Source of the DNA: a virus
Lineage: Duplodnaviria; Caudoviricetes
Length of the DNA stretch: 39,881 bases
Virus record (IMG/VR): IMGVR_UViG_3300043448_000119
Span: 1 to 39,881 of that record
Direction: 5' to 3' (one strand)
The position numbers and the translations under genes are program-made. Below the pieces are notes generated by a model. It was given only the letters and a program-made list of their open reading frames with translations, made no database searches and was not told the DNA's origin. Positions 27,301-34,764 of the stretch are shown here, one piece after another. Every line of letters starts with the position of its first letter. Position 1 is the first letter of the stretch.

Positions 27301-29046
27301 CGCACCGTCAATGTATAGAATATCGCCAACTGAAACCTGTTCAGTAAATACGCTACCAACACCAGTAACAGCAGTGAAATTATTTGGGATACTTGCAGAA
27401 CCTACGATAACCAACTCAGTAGCTGAGGTATCTGCAGTAAAGATATTTGATGTGCCAGTTGCTAACGCAACAGACTTAACATCTTTCTCAAAGTCATATT
27501 TTGCGAATGTTGAAGGATTAGTATCCATTACAACTTCGAATAGACCTAATTTATATTGAGTTGAATCCCCAGCAGAGTAATCTCCAGAATGTAACTGAAA
27601 TGCTTTAACTCTTGCAGTACCAACTTTATATGTTGATGATGGTGGTGTACCATCGGTTAAGTTAGAACCATTTGGTGGTTTTCTCTTAACTGAATATAGA
27701 TTAATTAACGGGAATGCGGTTAGATCTGGGAATGAATGAACATTCTCAACTAGCACATAATTACCAACTGGCGTTGAAATTGGATAGTCATCTTCTCTAA
27801 CGATATGACCACCCTCATCTCCAGTTATTGTATTCTCTCTTGCTTTTCTAAAGTCGATGTATTGAGTTGAAGTAGCTTCTACCTCAAACCCTTGAATGTA
27901 TGCTTTACCTGGATCTACACCAATAACAAACTTGTCATCATCACCATAAGTCTGATCTTGAACTACATCACCAAACTGAGGTAGAGGAGGGTATACGCCA
28001 GTGCCATCTTTGTTTAGATGTTCTCTCGCAGACAACTTAAACTTCTTAACTTCATAGTTTCCTGACTCATCATAAGTTCTTCTCGCTAAAGTTTTCTCTA
28101 ATTCTGCATATGAAGACTTAGTAATGATGTTTTGAACTCTACCATTCTTAACACGTAGAAGTTCAATAAATTTAATTTCATCAGTAGAATCTAATGGAAG
28201 TTTTACTAATGTCAATTCAATTCTATATCGGTGTGCTCCAGGCGCAGCGAAATTAGTTGTCCCTTGAGCATTATCAGCAAGTAAAGGTTGTTCTTCTGGT
28301 GTAACAAGAGATTCTGTTACTTTAAAACCAACTCTATATGAAGGGTTTTGCGTAAAACGACCAACGTATAGGTGCATCTCTGGGTTTTTAATAAAGAAGC
28401 CATCAATATAGTAAACACCTTCTTTAACTTCAACAGCAAACCCATAACCAACAACGTCAGTCTGAGAATTGTTTGTATATGTTGTTGCAACAGTACCACC
28501 ATCACCAAAAGAGCGGACATTAACATAGATATCCGCTTGTTGGTTTGTAGTCAAACGATAGTTATTTGCAACTGTGTTATCAGCAGCATAAGCTACAAGA
28601 GTTTCACCTGGAACGAAACGCTTAGTTACTTCGTCCGTTCCAGTTTGCTCAATTTTATAGTAGAGAGTAGGAATGTCACGTTCTGTTGGGTCAATACATT
28701 CGCAATCAGAAGTGTCAATAACAAGAGCCTTAACACCAGAAGAAAGACCAGTGATAATTTTGTTTCTAAACTGGTTGATGTACGAACTAACAGTTTGGTT
28801 GATGTAAAGATTATCCAGTTTAGCGAAATGAATTAAGCTGTCATGGTTGACGCTACCTGGAATAACCTGTGATCCATTCTTGAACACATGATCGCCAAAT
28901 CTGGTGACCTGTCTTTGTAAAATGGTTTGAAGCTGAGTTAACTCTCGAGCCTGAACTGCATATCCAGGTCTGAAGAGTACTCTCAGGTAATTGTCATCAT
29001 CACTATAATCGTCATAATATGGTGCAACGTTGAAGTTAATAGCCAT
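21364..29046 (-). CDS. vrlC: VrlC-like / DUF4815 large baseplate-associated structural protein (2560 aa)
   Basis: NFNVAPYYDDY...RVLFRPGYAVQARELTQLQTILQ, DNAQGTTNFAAPGAHR, LARRTYDESGNY, DRFKNGFIVDQF and DPLAQTF motifs; located directly after gp8 as in cyanophage-like T4 relatives. Confidence 0.85.
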   Translation of the reverse strand: MAINFNVAPYYDDYSDDDNYLRVLFRPGYAVQARELTQLQTILQRQVTRFGDHVFKNGSQVIPGSVNHDSLIHFAKLDNLYINQTVSSYINQFRNKIITGLSSGVKALVIDTSDCECIDPTERDIPTLYYKIEQTGTDEVTKRFVPGETLVAYAADNTVANNYRLTTNQQADIYVNVRSFGDGGTVATTYTNNSQTDVVGYGFAVEVKEGVYYIDGFFIKNPEMHLYVGRFTQNPSYRVGFKVTESLVTPEEQPLLADNAQGTTNFAAPGAHRYRIELTLVKLPLDSTDEIKFIELLRVKNGRVQNIITKSSYAELEKTLARRTYDESGNYEVKKFKLSAREHLNKDGTGVYPPLPQFGDVVQDQTYGDDDKFVIGVDPGKAYIQGFEVEATSTQYIDFRKARENTITGDEGGHIVREDDYPISTPVGNYVLVENVHSFPDLTAFPLINLYSVKRKPPNGSNLTDGTPPSSTYKVGTARVKAFQLHSGDYSAGDSTQYKLGLFEVVMDTNPSTFAKYDFEKDVKSVALATGTSNIFTADTSATELVIVGSASIPNNFTAVTGVGSVFTEQVSVGDILYIDGAQVGVVSAVGSNTSITLTNSVGASGARSGVVGVARSVIQEQKYNALVFKSAFDTLKTLRGQDESGNDTVKSSQHTVRRIISATAATEGSDVVWAFTLASPTEFFQSTQDLENYTLIDSTTNVIVPLTSSNISLDAAQKLVTISGISPTLTSGREYKLITSILQTGATAGEKTKTLVTNQSQIITGRKNVSELTITLTHADVLRIKDIRVNPGNYDTYVEGNSVSVLEKYVFDDGQRPTHYQQATVTLKPSTAPPAGAIKITYDYFNHTGTGNYFSVDSYTAAIANTDNDFGYEDIPSFPVKNINGVTETVYLHDVIDYRPVISGSNGFTPELPKIGEGFNTSLAYYLPRWDKLVLDSVGRFVVITGTPARDPVEPRDPIEGMVLASLYIPAYTKNANDVRVFQRDNRRYTMKDIAALERRIQNLEYYVSLTLLETETESLSIKDNVTGLDRFKNGFIVDQFTGHGIGDVVNIDYRIAVDPQKQELRPMHFTDAVDIVEDIISSDQRFASSYRKEGDIITLPYTEQLSIFNPYGTRTIDVNPYKIGAFKGEVSLNPEGDNWKDTDRRPDLLVQDDNNFDAIRFMAEALGVTGTQWNAYQTTWTGSSSEAGPAFWSGRTQLQNVTTVDTGIQSRDGIRTSLTSTVNQQDYGDRVVDISFAEYMRARPIVFVAKNLKPSTKFYSFFDNEAVSSYCQPSDIFTVTRITGATFMRFDTEDIKDRVVATDVARTYQGQAQPAFQIGDILSNDVHTPVVIQTINNITDPEGSTQFTLTVNNVTGLRVGHHVQLYNLGPSRLFSLTRTVTERINNQTTIRTYNVGTSREINNRVFKIAAISGTTITLTSLDGSRIRPFSTYDRAAAYVGADGGYIRRLQATSVVIYAGVASSTDSNGPIVQDIHVANIKNGFAIGENLTGALVFANSARNQVTVTGINGNTTAGSVPVMKKLGDAIRTDTTGACSGVFNLPNTDTIRFRTGERAFKLTDNISNSNADFDSKGEATYYSTGVTLSKERTVVNSRQANFVRDRVYESIPVRRVTTSQRVLQVRRGHDPLAQTFVVQSVGGMFVTSVDLYFSEAGNRPVTVEIRTTDNGVPSTKVLPFSEVTKNPSEINVSDSGSVATNFKFRSPIYLVDNENYALIVKTDEPGCQVFISELGKTDILTGNVVTNQPLTGSLYLSQNSKEFEINPLFDMKFRMYQAEFDISQTAQVELKALPPKLMNLRDNPFEITPGSDIIRVKAPRHGFGPGDIVMIDGVAEYIADTLEETRYYGTKSQSFGIPASLLNGGQIVMEEGIDLDSFCFRLQTQDEYINPTTGESEPNILITGEAGTETTVQQILDQFVKGDYGGTGIKCSRQLIVDYLFLKSDNVVPADTEMKFETQAIDTDGTPSGYQSITENTNFSFNSRKIIRSYENEDILSTATGLVRPSVSLRAKMSSTNVNVSPIIDLGRLSIFAVRNLINSPTESTTNVIGVDNRSLLKANDVTAADIDAEPATGTIGAFHYTNMFGANLTLPAATSSGGIRTYTITGTAYLFDGSGTSQTGAPWKRLRVGDEIYTTAATPVLIGAVTEVNPGSIKINTTSPTTNAGDQFLVRSKYVFGIGTQFTTETPVGTLLYNTQNQLIGKVAQVSGTANGYSLGNTLLELESLATASTVNVATDPATSFTIGTPEAKLSFSNSGTKGIISTNIDTADNLLSLAKQGKYIYLSGMIAGINGKYLVETVVTSSDTTVNVGNAEDDVITITVSPAFTFPAGVTSATIDMINDYLYFKGSGFITATSSAATAVTGSGTTFLTQVAAGDVLTEQSFGGNARTDGETGITIGTVSTVNSDTSITLTTNPTSSITSSTEYYIRKNTPSWKIDQLDKFVEDWAPTGTSNYANYITRPLVISNPADSLKILFESNIPQFTDLRVYYKTWTTGTDPTTLNYIDTGFTTASNDALDVFSEQTIDVLDITPFTNAIIKIVMKSTDPSKVPRIKKLRLISHS

Positions 29047-29086
29047 TCTGTCTCTCTTTTAAAAGAAATTATACTCTATATTCTTT

Positions 29087-29093
29087 TATTTAT
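29087..29093 (-). promoter_or_regulatory. T4-type late promoter core ATAAATA
   Basis: Intergenic tatttat at 29087-29093, about 40 nt upstream of the VrlC-like ATG. Confidence 0.6.
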
Positions 29094-29094
29094 T

Positions 29095-30525
29095 TTACAT
29101 TTCAACAATGATTTTAATATCTTCGATCTGATCACCTGCGCGATTAATTGGGCGACGGTTTTCAACATAGATAATATCACCACTATCTGAGTTAACATCT
29201 GGATCTGCGATAGAAAGCACAGTTCCCTGAGCAGCAGATGTTGAACCAACAATAGTTTCACCTGCTTGGAATAACCTACCAGTTGTTGGATCTGGTGTTC
29301 CAAGAGCGGTACCATCTTCTTTAGTTTGAATATAACGAAGAGTCTTTGGGGTTGAACCAGTGTTTAGAGAAACGATTCTTCCTCTTGCTCCACTTGTTTG
29401 TCCTTTTACTTCTTCGTCAATTGCAAATGTTCCGCTAACAGCAGAATAAGAAATAGTTCTATTTGAAATTAAGGTAGCCTGAGTTGCTACGTTATTTGTA
29501 CCGAAGTTGGTTGGGTCGCGAACTAGGCAAATACGACGATAATCGTTGTCAACTGGGAAGTCGCCAGCACCATCATCATATTCTAGACGCACGTTCATCA
29601 TAACATAGAAACCACCAAGCTCTTCAACAGCATCAAAACCATGACCACCCTTCGGAGAAACCATAGCAGTAGCAGTAGCGTTGTCAGTGCCAGTAGCTGG
29701 AGCACCAATAGTAACACGTGCCCAAGTGTAACCAGATCCAGGATTAGTTATAGTGATTTCTCTAATGCTATTAGTTGCACCATCAACAACAGCTGTAGCT
29801 GCTGCGCCAGCACCATCACCAACGATAGTCACTGCTGGAATACCAACGTAGTTAGAACCAAATGCGGTTACTTTAATATGCTCAATACCACCGTCAACAG
29901 CTGCCTGTTCAACTAGATACTGTTTGTAGTAGGAATCTGTTGATCCTGGGTTTGATCCAAGAGTTTTAACTGGAACGAAATCTGTTGAAACAAATTTAAG
30001 AACATCTGATGGAGCAATGGTATACATATACTTCCAAACATAACCGTCTGGAGTTGTGATCTTAGTAGTTTCAGTTCCTGTTGGTTTAAATGTAGAAGGA
30101 ACTACAACACCATTGCTTGTGTTTTTAATGCACTTGTATACGTTATATTCGTCAGTGATTACATAGAAGTTTGCGTCATATAATGATGCAGGTAGAGTTG
30201 GTGCTCCTGAATCAATATTAACACCTGTAGTAGTTCCGTTATAATCATGACGATAGATGTCATAATACTTACCAGAAGTCCAGTTTCTACGCACGACTGA
30301 TAGCGATACGTCTGTTGCTTGAATACGCTTCAATGCAAGCATGTCGTCCCAATTATAAAACTCATCACCAACAGTATCGTATGGTGTATTTGGTACGTTA
30401 TCGTTTGCCCATGCTTGCGGTCTACCAATGCCTAGATACATGTTCGTAGGCGCAGACTCGTTGAAGCCCTCTTTGAATGATTGCGCATTGTGAATGCGAA
30501 ACTTGTTTGTAATAATTGCAGCCAC
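29095..30525 (-). CDS. gp8: Baseplate wedge protein gp8 (476 aa)
   Basis: MAAIITNKFR...YLGIGRPQAW...RRNWTSG..YD.Y...FYVIT.EY.VYKC...DGYVWKYMY...SGDIIYVENR.PI.R..DQ.EDIKIIVEM; synteny after gp6/gp7; GTG start with AGGAG RBS. Confidence 0.92.
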   Translation of the reverse strand: MAAIITNKFRIHNAQSFKEGFNESAPTNMYLGIGRPQAWANDNVPNTPYDTVGDEFYNWDDMLALKRIQATDVSLSVVRRNWTSGKYYDIYRHDYNGTTTGVNIDSGAPTLPASLYDANFYVITDEYNVYKCIKNTSNGVVVPSTFKPTGTETTKITTPDGYVWKYMYTIAPSDVLKFVSTDFVPVKTLGSNPGSTDSYYKQYLVEQAAVDGGIEHIKVTAFGSNYVGIPAVTIVGDGAGAAATAVVDGATNSIREITITNPGSGYTWARVTIGAPATGTDNATATAMVSPKGGHGFDAVEELGGFYVMMNVRLEYDDGAGDFPVDNDYRRICLVRDPTNFGTNNVATQATLISNRTISYSAVSGTFAIDEEVKGQTSGARGRIVSLNTGSTPKTLRYIQTKEDGTALGTPDPTTGRLFQAGETIVGSTSAAQGTVLSIADPDVNSDSGDIIYVENRRPINRAGDQIEDIKIIVEM

Positions 30526-30553
30526 TTAGATTCTCCTATTGTGTGCGTTAGAT

Positions 30554-33500
30554 TTATGCAGTCTTAAGTACCTCAACATATGCACCGACTGCAAAGTTTG
30601 ATCTCTTATGTTTTCTATTTATAATGTCGTATACAGTGACTCTAGCAAAATCTTTTATCTGAGTGTCTCCAGTTGACGACATAACTTCTAGTATATACTC
30701 ATCGCCACTTTCTTGAAGTAGACGATCTCCATTCTCCATCTCAAAATATTCACTGTTCCAGTAATACCTATTCGGTTCTGGATAAGTTTCGTACCAAGAA
30801 CCAGTAAATCCACCATCGGCAGTATCTGGTAGATATGTTCTATCTGGTTTAGTTGGTCCAATATATTTCAACTCTGCCGTTCCGTTAACCTGTGTTCCAG
30901 AAGTGTGGGTAGGCGCTGATGCTCCTGTTGTTCCAGCAACAACAACCTCATAAGCATTTCCACCAAAATTTACTACACCCTTTGTCAATACAGCTGTGCT
31001 TGCTTCCCAAGCAGTTCCAACATAAACTGTTCCTGGAATAACCTGTAACGATCCTTTGGCGCCAGATGTGTATGGTGGGAAGTTAAACTTTCTCTGTTCT
31101 AAGAAAGACAGCGAAGATCCAACTTGTCTGAACGAAGCTCTAGACTGAACTGTTGATTTTCCAAGAGAAACAGTTGTTTGATACGGAACGTCAATTGTGC
31201 TAAAGTTTGCACGATAAATGTACTGTTCGTTATCGTCTTTCTTAAACTTACTTGGCTGAATGTTATACGCCAAACTAATCAAAGGTGTTTCAGTTAAGAT
31301 AGCCTGAGAAAGAGGATTATTGAGTTTAATTGTGAAAGTAACTATTGACTGTCTGTAATCAACTGATTCAAAAACACCCTCTCCAAAGTTTACTCTCTGT
31401 GTAAACGGTAGAGCAAAACCTTCTCTAACTGCCATTCCAGTAATTGGCTCTGAAGACAGTGAAGTTTTTGGAACGCTTCCAGTCAAGAACATTGCTCCTT
31501 GCTGAGCAGCATTAATACTTGCAACATAAGTCGTTCCAGCTGGATATGCGTCTTCAGTCAACATAAAATAACCAGTTTCTAATAATAGGTTATCAAGTTC
31601 TGTATTAGTTGGAACGCACTCAATATAGAGATTTTGTTCAGATTGTTCTTTCGGTATTAATGGATACTTACTTGATACAGCAATATTTGATCCATCTTCA
31701 GATAACAATCTACCACTGCCATCTTCTAACAAGAAGAACTCAGTGTAGTAGTTCATTGAAACTTTTGTCTTAATACCAAAGACAAGTTCTTTGATAATCT
31801 GTGGTGACATCTCTAAGAGATGGACAACATTCAATGGGGTTTCTTCTATAATGACTGGAGGCAGCATCTCAGATTGTAAGATGCGCATGCTAGGTGCAGG
31901 TTTAGAAAGCTGGATCTGATTTAAGAATCTACCGCCATCTTCAAGTAGAAGGTCATTACCTTCATCTTCAACTATACCATCTCCATCTAATTTTGCAGTT
32001 TCAAGTTTTAGAGTATCAGAGTCGCTATACGATGGAACGAAGTCCTCATAGTATAGAGTCCACATCTCTTTTCTAACATCTGGATTTCTTGACTTAGCGT
32101 GAGTGTTGTCATTTTCTAATCTGAAGAATTGATCATATTCTTGTAATAAGTGCTCAGGGAAGAATACTGATTCATATTCTTCGTTGATAATTCTTTCTCC
32201 AGTTTCTAGCAGCATTAGTCTGCCATCTGGATTGGTTCTTTCTGAAATGATAATATTACCGTCTTCAAATACTAGAGGGAATCCATCTTCAGTTATAAAC
32301 GTATCTCTGAAACCCCCCTCCAATCCAATAGTTGGATATGTATCGCTGTTATCAACAAGTATACGATTTGTTGTTTGCTGCCAGTTACCAGCAGCAAGCA
32401 TCTTGACGCTTAATGGGTCAAGCTCTATCCTAGCAGTAAAGATAGAAGCATTGTTAACGATTCTAATTGTTGCTGCAATTAAATTGATAAGATTAACTTC
32501 ACCGAATAACGCAAGACCAACTGGATGTAGAAGTTTCTTAACAGCGTCACGATACTTGTTTACTGACTGACCAATTCTGATAACGTATGAGTAATCTTGA
32601 TAGTAGAAGCTGTCTTGGATTCGCTTAGATCCATCAGAAACTTTACCATCAGAGTTTAAGAACTCACCAGTTGTTAAACCAATAGCCCCGACATTTGCTC
32701 GTATTCCACCAACTGCAACATCGACAACTTTTGCTAGTGTTCCGCTAGATTTACCTCTGACAAAAGATCTATTGGTGAAAACAGCAGACTCTTCATGTGT
32801 TATAGGGTTTCCGTCCTCGGTTATCAGAGAGGAAAGCCCATCTTGTAACACTATTCCAGTTCTGTTTGATGCTGGGTTTAGTTTTAACAGTCCATTATCC
32901 GAATCGTAAGAAACTACAACACCTGAAGGGTTATTCTGACCTTCAATTAAAAACTTTTCTCCGCTTTCTAATAGAAGTTCATCAGCAGTCTTTTCTAAAC
33001 ATAGAGATTGAGGTAACAACTCAACTTCTTCATTATTTGTGAAAGCTCCATTTGTTCTGTTAACTTGCAAATAGACAGGAGCAGTCATTCTGGCTGTATT
33101 ATAACCATACCCAAAGTTTGGTAAGACTACACTTGAGATCGCACCGATCTGATTAGATGCTGGAAGCAATCTTGCATTACTATATGTTCTGATACTGTTT
33201 GGATTCGCAGATCTATCCGCATACATTACTTGCTTTAAGAATCTATCAGCAATACTACCAGCAACTTGATATGTTTTATCTGCCCTAAATGTAAACTTAA
33301 AAGGATCAATTATACTATTGACTGTCCACGTTCCGTCAACTTCTCTATTGAATGTTCCGCTGATGGTTACTTGCTGACCAAGAATTAACTCATGGAGTAG
33401 ATTAGTTTCTACTGTAATAATGTTTGAGTTTTCTGTAGTGCTGATAGAAGCAATAAAATCTGTTGAAACTACAACTTTTGGTAATCTGTTGTATGAAGAT

Positions 33501-34762
33501 CCTGAATTTAAAATTCTTACTTTTCTAATTGGACCAAAGCCATCGTTTTGAATAGCAATTAAACTAGAATCATAGTTTCCGTATTCATCTACTTTATAAA
33601 ATCTGTTTCTCTCTAGAGAAATCTCATTACTATTTTCATCTAATAATTTGCTAGAGGCACGACCAACATGTTTTAAGAATGTCGTTCCACTAGGTTGTGT
33701 GCCATAAATGTGAATAGGAGCAGTAGATCCTGTTGTTCCTGAAACAGTAACTTCATACTCATGCTGTTTGTAAATAAATCTCTCACCAGCATCGTAAAGA
33801 TAGTTTGGTTTAAATCTTTCAGCAGACTCTAATATAAATGAACCGAAATAAACTTCGGAAACTTCAGCTACTGCACCTTCAACTTGTGATGACAAACCAA
33901 AGCCAGCATCACTGTTATCAAATAAAACTGGTTGTCCCTCATAATGGTTATCGCCACCATCTGCAATTATAATATTATCAATTCCACCAACCTTTACAGT
34001 ATTAATCTCTGCACGAGCATCAACACCATCGCCTTCAGCGATGTTTATCAAGTCACCAGTAATATTATATCTACCACCAAGCGTAATATCTAAGTCATTA
34101 ATAAACGAAATGAGATTTACTGAGATTTCAGTTCCGTCAGTATTACTTACACCTTTAATTGGTTGATTTGGTTCAAATACACCAATGATGCTATTTGCAT
34201 TAAGTGTAATTTCAGTAATTGATTGAATGCCAACATTATACTTAACAACAGCTTCAACTCGAGCCTCTGCTGGACTATCAAAAACACTTGTTGGTGGCTG
34301 AGTGATTGTTTGTCCAATGAGCTCAAATGAATTGCCTGTTACGTCAACGCCACGAAGAATATAACTTTGACTCCATTTACCGTCAGAGACTCTAAGCATA
34401 TCTTGCTTAGGATAGTAAATCTGCTGTGGCTCCTCATTAAACATTAAGCGGAACAATAGATCATAAGATCTTGGTGTTCCTTTCGCTAGGTAGATTTCCT
34501 TTGCGTGTTTAATGACAATTCTCTTGTCAATAACCATCGCCTTCGGCAAAGTTGCAATAAATTGATCAGCGAAATACTCTACGAACTCATCAAGAGTAGA
34601 ATCAATATCACCAAGATTTTCTAGCTGTCTTGTTTTATAATTCTGATCTAACCACTCATAATATGCTTCTAAGAATTTAATAAACTGCGGGTGATCTTCT
34701 CTTACAAATTCTGGGACATTTCTATCTACAACGGCAGATGTCTTTAACTTAACTTTTGCCAT
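30554..34762 (-). CDS. gp7: Baseplate wedge initiator gp7-like protein, enlarged (1402 aa)
   Basis: VPEFVREDHPQFIKFLEAYYEWL, Y.AKGT..SY..LFR..FNE and IQDSFYYQDYSYVIR...YRDAVKKLLHPVGLALFGE motifs; lies between gp6 and gp8. Confidence 0.85.
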   Translation of the reverse strand: MAKVKLKTSAVVDRNVPEFVREDHPQFIKFLEAYYEWLDQNYKTRQLENLGDIDSTLDEFVEYFADQFIATLPKAMVIDKRIVIKHAKEIYLAKGTPRSYDLLFRLMFNEEPQQIYYPKQDMLRVSDGKWSQSYILRGVDVTGNSFELIGQTITQPPTSVFDSPAEARVEAVVKYNVGIQSITEITLNANSIIGVFEPNQPIKGVSNTDGTEISVNLISFINDLDITLGGRYNITGDLINIAEGDGVDARAEINTVKVGGIDNIIIADGGDNHYEGQPVLFDNSDAGFGLSSQVEGAVAEVSEVYFGSFILESAERFKPNYLYDAGERFIYKQHEYEVTVSGTTGSTAPIHIYGTQPSGTTFLKHVGRASSKLLDENSNEISLERNRFYKVDEYGNYDSSLIAIQNDGFGPIRKVRILNSGSSYNRLPKVVVSTDFIASISTTENSNIITVETNLLHELILGQQVTISGTFNREVDGTWTVNSIIDPFKFTFRADKTYQVAGSIADRFLKQVMYADRSANPNSIRTYSNARLLPASNQIGAISSVVLPNFGYGYNTARMTAPVYLQVNRTNGAFTNNEEVELLPQSLCLEKTADELLLESGEKFLIEGQNNPSGVVVSYDSDNGLLKLNPASNRTGIVLQDGLSSLITEDGNPITHEESAVFTNRSFVRGKSSGTLAKVVDVAVGGIRANVGAIGLTTGEFLNSDGKVSDGSKRIQDSFYYQDYSYVIRIGQSVNKYRDAVKKLLHPVGLALFGEVNLINLIAATIRIVNNASIFTARIELDPLSVKMLAAGNWQQTTNRILVDNSDTYPTIGLEGGFRDTFITEDGFPLVFEDGNIIISERTNPDGRLMLLETGERIINEEYESVFFPEHLLQEYDQFFRLENDNTHAKSRNPDVRKEMWTLYYEDFVPSYSDSDTLKLETAKLDGDGIVEDEGNDLLLEDGGRFLNQIQLSKPAPSMRILQSEMLPPVIIEETPLNVVHLLEMSPQIIKELVFGIKTKVSMNYYTEFFLLEDGSGRLLSEDGSNIAVSSKYPLIPKEQSEQNLYIECVPTNTELDNLLLETGYFMLTEDAYPAGTTYVASINAAQQGAMFLTGSVPKTSLSSEPITGMAVREGFALPFTQRVNFGEGVFESVDYRQSIVTFTIKLNNPLSQAILTETPLISLAYNIQPSKFKKDDNEQYIYRANFSTIDVPYQTTVSLGKSTVQSRASFRQVGSSLSFLEQRKFNFPPYTSGAKGSLQVIPGTVYVGTAWEASTAVLTKGVVNFGGNAYEVVVAGTTGASAPTHTSGTQVNGTAELKYIGPTKPDRTYLPDTADGGFTGSWYETYPEPNRYYWNSEYFEMENGDRLLQESGDEYILEVMSSTGDTQIKDFARVTVYDIINRKHKRSNFAVGAYVEVLKTA
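30616..30623 (-). promoter_or_regulatory. Perfect T4 late promoter TATAAATA inside the 3' end of gp7
   Basis: Plus-strand tatttata at 30616-30623, about 90 nt upstream of the gp8 start. Confidence 0.6.
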
Positions 34763-34764
34763 GA

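Noticed and set aside
29055-29090. Palindrome TCTTTTAAAAGA and a weak AAAAGAA/TTCTTTT stem upstream of the VrlC-like gene
   Set aside because: It is almost entirely A/T, would be unstable, and is compatible with chance in an AT-rich spacer.
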